Positions 26,201-38,067 of a stretch of DNA of 64,000 nucleotides are shown here, piece after piece. Source of the stretch: Stegostoma tigrinum (Eukaryota); NCBI RefSeq assembly GCF_030684315.1, contig NC_081399.1, positions 9,224,113-9,288,112 of the forward strand, read 5' to 3'. How positions within the stretch are numbered: position 1 is the first letter of the stretch; the number at the start of each line of letters is the position of its first letter. The position numbers were made by a program, and so were the translations under genes. The notes below the pieces were generated by a model. That model was given only the letters and a program-made list of their open reading frames with translations, ran no database searches and had not been told where the DNA came from.

Positions 26201-29200
26201 GTCTGGGGGTTTTGTGGTTTCGCTCGGCCCAGCATCACTTGCTTTTGGCCGAGCTGGCGATGGGCGAGTCACTCGGAGGACACGACGCCCGCGACGCTGT
26301 GGCCGGGGCTCAGCAGCGAGCTGTGTTTCCCGTTTTATTTGTGACTCCCGTTTTCGCAGCGTTGTCAGCGAGCGGCCGGCCGGTCAGCCTCTGGTGTCCG
26401 TGCTGTGGCCCCTCTCCTCGGCATCCTTCCTTCAAGCCGGGCATTCACGTTGACCATCGCCTCTGCAAATCGTGGGAGTGGAAAGGCATCGGAGATCTGC
26501 ACAGCAGCAGGAAAATCCCAAGGGAAGGCAGCCCCTGAAATCCCACCACCGCCCCCCACCCCCCCAACTGTAGCCTGGCGCGGACTCCCTTCTACAACAG
26601 CCTCGTGCTTTCCCTGTATTTTGTTTAAAGCTTCCTCCATAGTCTCGGGCAAGCATATTCCTGACCCAAACTCCTCACTGCTGGGAACAACTCTGGGAAA
26701 TGTCTCGGGCAGGTCAATGTTACCGAAATGTAATAGTGCGAACATGTTTCCTGGCGTCGGTTCCTACTGCTAGGGGCTAGTTTGCAACCGCTTTTGCAAA
26801 CATCTGAAAGCTGTTCACCTTTCCTCCCCATGTTTGCTGTTGAAGGATAACGTTGCGCTGGTTCGTAACACGTTTCATCTCAATAGAGTCTCAAAAAGGT
26901 GCAGAAACACACCCAGAGACAGCAGGAGCTGCAGATGCTGGGCAATCCGAGATAACACAGTGTGGAGCTGGAGGAACACAGCAGGCCAAGCAGCATCAGA
27001 GGAACAGGAAAGCTGACGTTTCGGGTCTAGACTCTTCTCCAGAAAGACCCCATTTCTGAGAGAAGAGTCTCGGCCCGAAACGTCAGTCTTCCTGCTCCTC
27101 TGATGCTGCTTGGCCTGCTGTGTTAATCCAGCTCCACACCTTGTTATCTCAGATTCTCCAGCATCTGCAGTTCCCACTGTCTGTCCCTTAACCTTTTCTG
27201 TTCCTGGGGGTTGGGACCCCAGTCTCCTTTATGTCCAGCCCCAGGACCAAGGAGCTGGTCGTCTGAGACCAGATGATCCTAGTAAAACATGGAAAACCCA
27301 GAATCTGAAGTCCCACCGCATCATGTTATAATCCAACAGGTTTGCTTAACATCACAAGCATTTGTCAGGTGAAGTGGAGGGAGGCACACAGGCACAGAAT
27401 ATACAGGCAGAGAGATAATGGCAGGATCATTCCAGGTAATTAAAAGTGGCACATTGCCCTGGCCTGCTGTGTTCGTCCAGCTCCACACCTTGTTATCACA
27501 GAAAGACATTAGCGAATATGGGTTTTTCAGACAATTCGCTATGGTTTCCCGATCATCATTAGACTTAATTCCAGAAGTTTGTGGAATTCGAACCCGGGTC
27601 TGAATTATCGCTCTTGTGATAATACCACTAGGAAATCACCTCCCCCCATCATGAAACAGGGTCCATAAGAGGTGAAAGCAAGGCAGGTTCGATAGTTTTA
27701 CTCACCGTAAACATCCAGTTGAACTGTCTCAATTTTTTGTTTTCCTGAAGTTACAGTTACAGTTACCTCATATTGCCCAGTATCCTCTCTCCGTAAGTCA
27801 CTGATTTGGAGACTGAAGTTCCCAGGATGAAAATATATCCGTTTCTTGTACTCTTCACTGCCAAAATATTCAATGCTGCCTCTTGCCAATCCAACAATTT
27901 TGGTTTTGGTTGAAGATTGTGTCCAGCTAACCTCAGAAACCGTCGTATTGTTTGGCACCTCTACAGATAGGGAGACCGACTGGCCCAGGGATCCATTCAC
28001 AGGCGGATAGAAGGACTGACTCTGACCTGAGGGAACAAGAGGACACGGTCAGTCAGTGTGGAACAAGACAAGAATTGCTTTGGATCTAATTATCGATACA
28101 ATGTACAGAAATCAGGCAAGTTAATCATTGCAGAGTCAAGCTCCCTCTACACTGTTCCCATCAAACACTTCCAGAACAGGGGCAGCACGGGGTTCGGTAC
28201 GGAGTAAAGCTCCCTCTACACTGTCGCCATCAAACACTCCTAGAACAGGGGCAGTACGGGGGTTAGGTACGGAGTAAAGTTCCCTCTACACTGTCCCCAT
28301 CAAACACTTCCAGAACAGGGGCAGCATGGGGTTAGGTACGGAGTAAAGTTCCCTCTACACTGTACCCCCATCAGACACTCCTAGAACAGGGACAGCACGG
28401 GGTTAGATACAGAGTAAAGCTCCCTCTGCACTGTCCCCCCATCAGACACTGCCAGAACAGGACAGCATGGGGTTAGATACAAAGTAAAGCTCACTCTACA
28501 CTGTCCCCCTATCAGACACTCCTAGAACAGGGACAGCATGGGGTTAGATACAGAGTAAAGCTCCCTCTACACTGTCCCCCCATCAGACACTCCCAGGGAC
28601 AGGGGCAGCACGGTGTTCGATACGGAGTAAAGCTCCCTCTACACTGTCCCCCCCATCAGACACTCCCAGGACAGGGACAGCACGGGGTTAGATGCAAAGT
28701 GAAGACTCTCCTCATAGAGAGAGAGAGAGAGAGAGGATGATAACTGGTGGTATTTTAACCTGGGGGACAAGGTTAACAATGAGGAAGTTTAATGGAAACC
28801 TGAGCCAGTTCAGAAATTGAATGCACATTGTGAGTGCTCCTCTGCATCAGAGACCAGGCGCCCTGCCGACTGAGAGATGGTAAGAGCTGCCAATGCTGGA
28901 TTCTGAGATAACACAGTCTGGAGATGGAGGAGCACAGCGGGCCAGGCAGCATCAGAGGAGCAGGAAAGCTGACATTTCGGGTCCGGACCCTTCTTCAGAA
29001 ATGGGGGAGGGGAAGGGGGCTCAGAGGGGTGGTTGGGCTGGGGAAGGTAGGTGGATGGTGATAGGTGAGTGCAGATAGGCAGTGGTGGGGATTGGTCAGT
29101 GAGGTTGGAAGAGTGGATAGGTGGGAGAGACGATGGGTACATCAAGGAGGCAGGGATAAGGGGGAGGGTTGGTCATGGGATGAGGCCAGGATTGGGGAGA

Positions 29201-31842
29201 TTTTGAAGGTAGTAAAGTCCACATTGAGACCATTGGATTGTAGGCTCTCAAGGCAGGATATGAGGTGCTGCTCTTTCAGTTTCCGGGTGGCATCGTTGTG
29301 ATACTGGAGGAGGCCCAGGATGGACATGTTGTCCAGGGAGTGGGAGGGTGAGTCGAAGTGGTTGGCAACTAGAAGGTGTTGTCATTTATTGTGAACCCAA
29401 CACAGGTCTCTGCAAAGCAGTCTCCAAGCCTCTGTTTGGTCTCACAGATGTAGAGGAGGCCACATTGGGAACAGCGCATCCCCCTCCTCGCAATGAAAAC
29501 AAAGACAGAACTCTCTCTCTCTGTAAAGACAGAATCCTCCGTGTCCTCACATATCACCCCATTAACCTCCGGATTCAATACATCATTATCTGTCACTTCT
29601 GCCACCTGCAATCTGACTCCACTATGAAGGATATATTTCTCTCCCCACCGTTATCTGCCTTCCGGAGAGACCACTCTCTATGACTCCCTTGTCCACTCCA
29701 CACTCCCCACTAGCTCCATCATCCCCGGCACCTTTCCCTGCAACCACAGGAAGTGCTACACCTGCCCCTACACCTTCCACCTCACCTCCATCCCAGGCCC
29801 CAAAAAAAGCTTTCCACATCAGACAGCTGTTCACCTGCACGTTCACTAATGTGGTCTATTTAGATTCCCTACAGTGTGGAAACAGGCCCTTTGGCCCAAC
29901 AAGTCCACACCGAACCTCAGAGCATCCCACCCAGACCCATTCCCCCTATAACCCACCTAATCTACACATCCCTGAACACTAAGGGCAATTTAGCATGGCC
30001 AATCCACCCTAACCTGCACATCGTTGGACTGTGGGAGGAAACTGGAGCACCCGGAGGAAACCCACGCAGACACAGGGAGAATGTGCAAACTCTGCACATG
30101 CAGTTGCCTGAGGGTGGAATCGAACCCTGGTCCCTGGCGCTGTGAGGCTGCAGTGCTAACCGCTGAGCCACTGTGCTCCCCCTATTGTAGCCACTGTTCT
30201 GGATGTGGCCTCCTCTACATCAATGAGACCAAGCTTGGAGACCACTTTGTAGAGGACCTACGCTTGGTTCGCGACAAACGATAACGCCTTCCAGATAACT
30301 ACTACAATTCTCCCTCCCACTCCCTGGACGATATTTCCTTCCTCCAGTGTCACAACAATGCCACCTTAAAGCTGGAGGAGCAGCACCTCATATTCCGCCT
30401 CAGGAGCCCACAATCCAATGGTCTCAATGTGGACTTTACTAGCTTCAAAGTCTACCCACCTCATCCCACATCCAACCCCTCCCTCTTATCCCTGCCTCCT
30501 TGATCTGTCCATCTTCTCTCCCACCTATCCGCTCCTCCCAGCTCACTGACCAATCCCCACCACTGCCTACCTGCACTCACCTATCACCATCCACCTACCT
30601 TCCCAAGTCCCCTTCCCCTCCCCCATTTCTGAAGCAGGGTCCTGACCCAAAATGTCAGCTTTCCTGCTCTCTGAAGATGCCTGGCCTGCTGTGTTCCTCC
30701 AGCTCCTCACTGTTTTAGCCCAGCCAGCTGAGCTAACCAACACCAGCACGTGGTTAGATACTGAGTGAAGCCCTCTCTACTCTTTTGAACTGAACGTAGC
30801 ACTCTTCTACACTGTCCCCATGAAATTGTTCCAGAACGGGCACAACACGGGGTTAGATACAGAGTAACGGTCTCTGCACTGTCCCCATCAAACACGCCCA
30901 GGACAGATACAGCACGGTGTTAAATACAGAATAAAGCTCCTTCTCCTCTTTTAAACTGAAAGGACACTGACCACTGACTCAGGACACGTTAGTTGGAGTT
31001 AGACACAGAATTCATACTTGAAATTTGTCTATGTAAGTCTCCACGACCTTCAATAACCTCGCGTATCTAAAAAAAATAACGGTAACTGTTCAGTTTAGAT
31101 TAGATTCTTTTAGATTAGATTCCCTACAGTGTGGAAACAGGCCCTTTGGCCCAACGTGTCCACACACTGCCCCTTGCAGCATCCCACCCAGACCCATCCC
31201 CTTATAACCCACACACTCCTGAACACTATGGACAATTTAGCATGGCTGATCCACCTAACCTGCACGTCTTTGGACTGTGGGAGAAACCCGGAGGAAACCC
31301 ACGCAGACACAGGGAAATGTGCAAACTCCACACAGACAGTTACCCGAGGCTGGAATCAAACCTGGGTCCCTGGCACTTTGAGGCTGCAGTGCTAACGACT
31401 GAGCCACTGTGCTGCCCCAGTGATGGAAGAGTTAGTCCAGCATGAACAGGTCAAAGCAGAGCAAGAAACCACAGGCCTGAGATGACACAGAGCCTATTTG
31501 CTGAGCCTACGTAGGGAGGATGTGATCAAGGATGAGGAATTTGAATGTGATGGAGCTGAAGATGGAACTTATAGTGTTCCATGGGTGGAGCCAGAGAGAC
31601 AGGGAATAAAGGAGAAGCTGAGATGGAATGGATTTTAGACAATTTGCCAGGTTAAATTCTCCAGTTCGATAAGCACAGTGGGCGGAATAGTCTTTACATG
31701 TATGTGCAGTGGAAAGGTTCAGGACATGTGTGAGCTGATCTTTAAATTAAAATGGATATAAAAATTGTTACCCACCAACACAGAAGGCAGAGATAATAAG
31801 TAGCTCACAAGCCCGTCTCAGATTCAAATGACACATCGCCAT
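14130..31842 (-). CDS. SLAM/CD2-family immunoreceptor (CD84/SLAMF-like), 6 coding exons: join(complement 31776-31842, 27706-28026, 21453-21737, 16479-16595, 15716-15837, 14130-14201), 984 nt, 327 aa
   Basis: Exon phases join cleanly (1,1,1,1,0) into an open frame: leader, IgV without Cys, IgC2 with four Cys, TM, and tail with two TxYxxV/I motifs. This is the established SLAM-family architecture. The exact orthologue cannot be assigned without a phylogeny. Confidence 0.88.
15716..15837 (-). CDS. SLAM-like gene exon 5, cytoplasmic, ITSM TVYSQV
   Basis: Acceptor tttttccatttcaaag, donor ATG|gtaatg, 122 nt phase 1-0; encodes SKNQQKMQHVTDNPSTVYSQVQPISRKHEAKCPPPEGNEM. Confidence 0.85.
16479..16595 (-). 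CDS. SLAM-like gene exon 4, transmembrane (DFSTYLPYVAPIVVILFLCLVCYVLKRQVPLWKTSLHDE)
   Basis: Acceptor ctttctttccacctacag; hydrophobic stretch followed by KR; ends at AAG|gcaagt (GC donor), 117 nt phase 1-1. Confidence 0.82.
16734..17250 (-). repeat. Same 82-bp minisatellite in reverse orientation, about 6 copies
   Basis: Reverse complement of the 2965-4892 unit. Confidence 0.95.
18728..19547 (+). mobile_element. CR1 LINE 3-prime fragment, same subfamily as 1-2963
   Basis: ORF 18730-19455 (WQMEFN, LYKTLV.PHLEYC, WNALP); (TTCTATG)n tail; near identical to the reverse complement of 1-236. Confidence 0.95.
19830..20530 (+). mobile_element. CR1 LINE 3-prime fragment
   Basis: LYKTLVRPHLEYC, LERVQRRFTR, WNALP with stops; tail gttctatgctccatgttc. 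Confidence 0.92.
20704..21018 (+). mobile_element. tRNA-derived SINE (HE1-like) with CR1-related tail
   Basis: A box tggctctgtggttag, B box ggttcgattcc, tail ccgaagggcctg...aatctaatctaa. Confidence 0.88.
21019..21405 (+). repeat. ~69-71-bp dispersed satellite array (also ~18580-18727, 19550-19820, 20531-20700, 30750-30950)
   Basis: Unit cagagtaaagctccctctacactgtccccatcaaacactcccaggacagggacagcacggggttagata. Confidence 0.9.
21453..21737 (-). CDS. SLAM-like gene exon 3, IgC2 domain
   Basis: Acceptor gaatttcag, donor G|gtgagt, 285 nt phase 1-1. CNVTLRC...VSFTW...CEASNPVS...EDVC gives the four-cysteine SLAM C2 pattern. Confidence 0.93.
23230..23660 (+). repeat. 51-bp minisatellite derived from a CR1 ORF2 segment
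   Basis: 17-aa periodicity LKHCTQFWPLCSSVRLH, compared with CR1 LVRPHLEYCVQFWSP; about 7 near-perfect copies plus degenerate flanks. Confidence 0.9.
23850..25800. mobile_element. Degenerate CR1 endonuclease/ORF1 fragments (plus ~23850-24400, minus ~24410-25800)
   Basis: Remnants METWL, LGGVYRPPNS, DFN, ILELV on plus; reverse-strand EN remnants interrupted by a SINE. Confidence 0.65.
24540..24892 (-). mobile_element. Older tRNA-derived SINE
   Basis: Reverse strand ggcatggtggctcagtggttagcgctgctgcc...gggtttgatcc. Confidence 0.75.
26917..27182. mobile_element. PLE-derived palindromic element, ~130-bp arms each with a degenerate hammerhead core
   Basis: 26917-27045 is the imperfect reverse complement of 27053-27182; cores end in cccgaaacgtcag. 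Confidence 0.82.
27706..28026 (-). CDS. SLAM-like gene exon 2, CD2-type IgV domain
   Basis: Acceptor tcttgttccctcag, donor G|gtgagt, 321 nt phase 1-1. QSQSFYPPVNGSLGQSVSL...VSW...FSLQISDLRREDTGQYEVTV...VQLDVY has V-set motifs and lacks the B-F disulfide, as in CD2/SLAM proteins. Confidence 0.93.
28135..28710 (+). repeat. ~70-bp satellite array, about 8 copies
   Basis: Same unit as 21019-21405. Confidence 0.92.
28875..30716. mobile_element. Older Penelope-like element with inverted 3-prime segments, interrupted by a SINE
   Basis: GIY-YIG remnants on minus (29142-29480) and plus (29480-30460); terminal repeats in opposite orientation at both ends. Confidence 0.82.
29860..30182 (-). mobile_element. 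tRNA-derived SINE (HE1-like)
   Basis: Reverse complement of the 20704-21018 family. Confidence 0.88.
31095..31417 (-). mobile_element. tRNA-derived SINE (HE1-like)
   Basis: Reverse complement of the 20704-21018 family, with (aatct)n tail. Confidence 0.88.
31776..31842 (-). CDS. SLAM-like gene exon 1, signal peptide MAMCHLNLRRACELLIISAFCV(G)
   Basis: ATG at 31842, basic then hydrophobic leader; donor G|gtgggt in phase 1 matches the phase-1 acceptor of the IgV exon; ETS-like sites immediately upstream. Confidence 0.7.
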
Positions 31843-31849
31843 CGAGAGA

Positions 31850-31888
31850 GAGGAGGAAGTAACCAGACTGCAAAATGAGGAAGCGGTT
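31850..31888. promoter_or_regulatory. Tandem ETS/PU.1-like sites just upstream of the SLAM-like ATG
   Basis: GAGGAAGT (31853-31860) and AAAATGAGGAAGC (31872-31884) lie within ~45 bp of the start codon. Motif match only. Confidence 0.4.
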
Positions 31889-33004
31889 AGACGGAAAGAC
31901 GTATGCATCTGAAAGAAAATGTATCCTACTTAGACAAGTATACCATCCCCATACCGCAGGCTGTGTAGAGCCTCTCGGTGCATTCCCCGTATCCGGCCAA
32001 TTATGTGATTCCTTCTGTGCCAGACTATCTCGGTTTCTCGGTACCCCTTTAATGGAGTGACACCTCATTTCGCTTACTGTTCTGAGTGACCCCCTCATTC
32101 GCTCTGTACTGTTTGAGAGACCCACTCCTCCTCCCTCATACTCTTCTCTGTGAGTGACGCCTATTGTAGACATATCTCTCATAATTTTACTTTACACACT
32201 TTGCTCCAACCACACATGACGCATTCTGTTCCTTTATTCAGTTTCCTACCACTGCTTATAGCTCTGCCTGTATTTATGAAGTCAAACTCACATATAAGAA
32301 GAGTTTTCCATTTACTCTATGTGACTTTCCATGCTCCCTTTATTGATAACAAAAAAAACTTTCAACAACCCATTCCATTTCCAAAGGCACGGAATTGGTT
32401 GAGATGCCAATCAGGTTTTCACATACTCACTTGTAGCTTTACTAGCCTACACCCTGAAATAATGAGCAATGACCCATTTTGCTATCCTCTCTCTGTCCCT
32501 ATAACCACTTTGTGTTCATCTCTCTATCTATTGCTTTCGCTATTTCTCTCTCGCTCCTCCTTAAGATCACTTGCATTCTGCATTTTTTTCTTTAGGGTCA
32601 ACTACTTCCTGCCTTCATTTACTGCTAAAAGTTCACGTAGCAACCTCCATTTTGGTCAGATTTAACCACGACATTTTTCAGGTTGTCAGTGTAGAATCAG
32701 CTATTCAGACTTTTGTTTTTTCATTGTGAGCTAGCATCAGGGAGAAACGACATCAACAATTGAGGTTAATTCCTGTGGAGCCTGAGATTATCATGAAGGA
32801 GTCTCCTTCTCAACCTCTCCCCTTGCCTGACGTGGGGTGACCCTCTGGTTAGACCACCACCAGTCTTCTCTCTCCATTAAGATAGCAGGGCTAAGGTGTC
32901 TTTACCTTTACGTAGCAAAAGAAAAACCATCTCCAAGACATTTTGAAGCCCTTAGATTCTTTAAGCTTTGGCTAGGCCAGAAACAACAATAGTAAAAAAA
33001 ACAC

Positions 33005-33300
33005 TGTATCTAACACTGTGCTGTTCCTGCCCTTGGAATGTTTGATGAGGACAGCTCAGTTTCAAATAGTGGGGGGAGCTTTACTCTGTATCTAACCCCA
33101 TGCTGTCCCTGTCCTGTGAGTGTTTGATGGGGACAGTGTAGAAGCAGCTTTACTCTGTATCTAACCCCATGCTGTCCCTGTCCTGCGAGTGTTTGATGGG
33201 GACAGTGTAGAGGCAGCTTTACTCTGTATCTAACCCCAAGCTGTCCCTGTCTTGGGAGTGTTCGATGAGGACAGTGTCAAGGGAGCTTTACTCTATATTA
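33005..33300 (-). repeat. ~69-bp satellite, reverse orientation (also ~35740-35880)
   Basis: gctttactctgtatctaaccccatgctgtccctgtcctg...gtgtttgatggggacagtgtaga repeated. Confidence 0.88.
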
Positions 33301-33549
33301 AACTGGAAAAGCAGCATTTGAAGGCAGGAAGGTCAAACATCAGAATTGACACAAACATTTATCAACAATGAGCACCTGTTTAACTGGTTGAAACCTAATC
33401 TGTTCGCTAGTTTTAAATGGCGTATGCATTAGTGGTTGAGTTAACATAAGACATAAAATGCAAGATCAATAATTGAATAACGAAGTAAATAATTGATTAA
33501 AAATTCTGAAAAATGTCAGTACAGCTGGTGTGTCAAAGCTGCAACATGC

Positions 33550-35615
33550 GGGAGCTCAAGAGTATCATTATTATCCAGGGCAAACATATCTGCTGTGCAT
33601 GTTTGACGTTTGAGCAGTTCAGTTCAGAGTTATGATCTGCAGACTGAGCTACAGAAACTGTTATGCATCAGGGAGTGGGAAGATTTCCTGGATTCTTTGT
33701 ACTAAGAGTCAGTCACACCTCTTAGGGTAGGATATTCTAATATGGTCAGCGGTCAGGCACAGCAGATTACAAGTAAGGCAGGTAAGTAGACTCAGAGGAC
33801 AGAAGTGCAGGAGTGTGAGCCTCTTCAATTCTCCAAAGGACAATGAAGTTCCATGAAGTCATTTAGGTGAGGGCGAGGGGGAGCGGGGTGGGGGGCGGGG
33901 GTGCGGTCAGTGATGTGGGATGGATGAGCGAAATGACCTTGTTACTATGGAAGCCATCCAGCAGGCAGGAGCAAAAAGGAATGGAGAGGTCAACAGGACC
34001 GCATAGCTAGGGAAAGACTGTTTGCTGCGGCAAAGAGCATGAGTCTAGTTAGCTGGGTTGTTTGCCCAGTGCCATGATTCAGGAGAAGAACTTGCAGTGG
34101 TAGAGGAGGGTTCCAACTGTCGTAGGTACCAATCACATAGATAGAACTCAGAAAGGCATTCTGCATAGTCAGTATGAGGATCTAAGCACTAAATTAAGAA
34201 GCAGAACTTCAAAAGTAATGACCTCTGGATTATTATTGGACTCACATACAAATTGGTACAGGGTATACAAGGTTAGAGAGATGAATGTGTGGCTGAAAGA
34301 CTGGTGTGGGAGAGACAGACTCCAGGTTGTGGGACTCTAACACCAACAGTGGAGAAAGTAGGATCTGTGATGGTGAAACTGTCTATACCTGAATTGCATA
34401 ACTTAAACAGTAGAATGGGTTTTAAAATAACTAGCGAGTGTGAAGGCCCAAATTTGGGATGTTGTGGTGAGTCGAGGAGTGGGGAAAATGCAACACAGGA
34501 AAAAAGTTACTGCGGGAAATGTTAAACATTCAATAACAGGAAGGAACAGAAAATATAGATGTAACAGCAAATCAGCAGATATGCTAGAGATGACAGAAAT
34601 AATAAAAGGACACAGCTTAAGGCACTGTATTTGAATACAGGTAGCATTTGAAATAAAATGGATGAACTAAGAGCACAAATTGAGATAAAGAAGTGTGAGC
34701 TAGTAGCTATTACTGAGACAATGGCTGCAGAATGACCTTGACTGAGACCTAAATATTGAAGGGTAGAGCATTTAGAAAGAACGGGAAGCTAGGAGAAGGC
34801 GAAGTCACGGCTCTGTTAGTTAAAGATTTTATTAGTGCAATAGATGGGGATGACCCAAATTCAGAAAACCAGCATACAGAAGCAGTTCGGGTAGAAATGA
34901 CCAATGGTAAGCGGTCACTTGGCAGTTGTATACAGCCCTTCTGGTAGTAGGACAGGCATCAAGAAAGAAATAAGGTGAGCTTGTCAAAAGGGTAAGCAAT
35001 TATCATGGGGCATTTTGACCAATATATAGACTGGAAACATAAGATGGGCAAAAAGTAGTTTAGATAAGGAATTCATTGAATGTTTTCAGGACAATTTCTT
35101 AGAGCATCATGATATGGCAGCACCCTGACAGCAGACTATAGCGGACCTAGTTTTGACCGGTGAGATAGGATTAATTACAGACCTTGTAGTGAAATTGCCA
35201 CTGAGCAATAGTGACCATAATATGACTGAACATTACTTGCAGTTTAAGGGAGAGGTGTGGATCCAAGGATACTATGTTGAATTTAAACTAGGCCAGTTAT
35301 GAAGGCATGAAAACGAAGCTAGCACAAGTGAACTGGCAATTTAGGTTAAGGGATAGGTCAATAGAGAGCAGTGGAAAACATTTAAGGAGATATTCCAAAA
35401 TGCACAGACTAAATACATTCCAATGAATAAGAAAAATTCCAAGGGATGGACCTCCATTTGCAGTTAACTACAAAAGACAAAGACAGTATCAAACTCAAAG
35501 AGAAGACATATAATTCTATAAAGATGGGCAGCAAGTCAGAAGATTGGAAAGAATACATAAAACAGTGACGAATCACTAAAATATTAATAAGGATGGAAGT
35601 ACTAGAATATGAGTA
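33550..35615 (+). mobile_element. Degenerate CR1 LINE (ORF1 and endonuclease region)
   Basis: Remnants CLPSA, VGTNH, MNVWLKDWC, AITET, IMGHF, DLVL, SDHN, with many disruptions. Confidence 0.72.
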
Positions 35616-36062
35616 CGAGTAGAATATTCTGTTTTGAAGGGTCACTGAACCTGACACATTAACTCTGCTTTCTATTCACTGATGCTGCCAGACCTGCTGA
35701 ATTTCTCCAACAATTTCTGTTTTTGTTACAGTACACATGGAGATTTACTCTGTATTTAACCCTGTGCTGTACTTTTCCAGGGAATGTTTGATACGGACAA
35801 TGTAGTATTGAATTCTGTGCTGTCCCTGTCCTGGGACTATTTGATGGGACAATGCAGAATGATTCTCCTCTTTACTTAACCACTGCATTAGTTACTTGCC
35901 ACAATTTCTCTCATTGTTATCAGGGGCTTCAGTTCAGAAGTAATTCTTTGTGAACCTTTCTTGAGGTATTCAACAGGGAGTTTTCTATTTATGTAATATT
36001 GCCTTCCATGACTGAGCTTGCCTTGTTCCACACTGACTAACTGTATCCTTGTGTTCCCTCAG

Positions 36063-36370
36063 TTCACAGTCATCTGTCCCTCTGTGCATACATCCCTGGG
36101 TCAACCAGTCTCCCTACCACTTGTCGTTCCAAACAGATTGATGGATGATGAGACTGTCTGGAAACAATATTCATACAGCATCAAAATAGCTCCATACACA
36201 TGTGGGCAAGTGAAATATGGCACTGAGGAGGAGAAGAAACAGACAAATCTTCATCCCAGAAACGTCAGTCTCAAAATCATTGACAGATGGAAGGAGATGT
36301 GGGGATTACAAGGCAATTGTAGAACTGGACTCAGGAAAGGAAGCATCAGAGTCAGTGAGACTCTATCACA
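36063..36370 (+). pseudogene. Decayed CD2/SLAM-type IgV exon
   Basis: Acceptor tgtgttccctcag like exon 2. SLGQPVSL...TVW...HPRNVSLKIID aligns to exon 2, then frameshifts into GDYKAIVELDSGKEASESVRL; no intact donor seen. Confidence 0.78.
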
Positions 36371-38067
36371 TGAGTGTAACCTTCACTAGCTGATGAATGT
36401 TTTCTTGTTGATGGATGAAGATATTTTTCCTCATCATAGTGATCAGCGATGACCCCTTACCTAATACTGCAACCACTGCCTTTTCATCCTCCCTGTTACC
36501 CAGTTCCAGGCTCTCTTGTTGGGAATAAAACAGACACTCAACATCCCCACCAACTCCATCAAACCCTATAAGAATTTCATGTTTCTGTGACATCACCTCA
36601 AATTCCTCTAAACTCCAGAGACATCCAAAACCATATGATATTTACATGTATGAAACCATCGAACCTCAACAATCAATCTCTCCCCAGAATACAACATGAC
36701 TACAAGCAAGAACTTGTTGGCCCGAATGGTCTGTTTCCGTAGGTCACAGATGGACGACAATATGTCTGTTTTAAGTCTCATTGTGGAAAGATCCTAATTA
36801 CACTCAGCAGTAGCAGTCCTATGGGTGAGAAAAATTGTTCCCTCTCTGTCCCAGTCTGTGGGGGGCTGACGTAGAGTTCCCAGCACAGAAACAGATCATT
36901 CAGCCTATCTGCTATCTCCTGTGTGTCAGACAGGATATCTCCACACCCAACTTCTTCATTAAAATGGAGAGTCACAAAGTTATTACAGCAGTGAGAGGAC
37001 ATTCAGCCCATCTGCTCTGTTCTGTGCATTCTGTACAATGAGTTCACCTCATATTTTTCGAAACTCCTGAGACTGTACACCTCTTCTAATTGAATTATGT
37101 CATGAGACAATCTACGCCCTTGTGAGAATATTGTTACATCCTTTCCTCTTTAAAGAGACAAAATAGTCACAGTACTCCAGGTCTGGTCTCACCAAAGCTG
37201 TATACAATTGCAGCAAGACCCTCATTCTCATACTTCAAGGCTGACATAAACAGAATTTTAATCCTTAGGGAATGTAGGGGTGTGAGGAAATTGGAGTTGT
37301 GAATATCAGACCAGCACAATCTCACTGAATGGTAGAGCAGACTCGGTGGTTAAATGGCCTACTTTTGGTCCAAAGTCTTTTGGTTACGTCTGGCCTTATA
37401 TTCAACGTAATGAGGGTGATAGTACCACTTACTTTCACCATGTCATCCTGAACTCTTCACATTAATTCTTTGCATTTGACGGCGCAAGAGCACACAAATC
37501 TCCACATTTAATAAATTCCCAATATTTAACAAATGTTTCGTTTTTAAAAATTTTCCTACCAAACTAGATCACCTCACACTTCTCCACACTATATTCTATT
37601 TGTTGCTCACTCACTTAACCCGTCTGTATCTTTTTGTTACCTTTTGTGTTTGCCTCCTAGCTTCTCTTTCCTGAGTTTTCTATTGTCAGCAAACTTATGT
37701 ACATTACTTGCTGTGTCTTGTCAAAATCATTTACAGCACATTGTAAATTTATGAGACCCAAGCACTGGTCCTTGAGGAATTCCATGGTTTACAGCTTGCC
37801 ACCCTTAGAACGTCCTATTTAACCTGACTTCCTGTCCATTAACCAATTCCCTTTCCATGCCGAGATGTTCACTGCATTCCCGTAAACCCTGATTTCTCTA
37901 GAGTACGGGAGTCTTGTGAATTTTGACTAGGTGATGTTAAACTCACTTGTTTGAACACACGAGGGAGAAAAGAATGAAAGGTTATGGCAATGGCGTATTT
38001 CCCTGCGAAAGGGTTAAACCTTTGCTGTGAAGTTCTCAAGACAATACAGGTAGGTTGAGCTTACTGA

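Noticed and set aside
26119-26538. Plus-strand 139-aa ORF with a hydrophobic N-terminus
   Set aside because: No recognisable family; looks like the antisense shadow of GC-rich minus-strand sequence. Kept only as an unexplained region.
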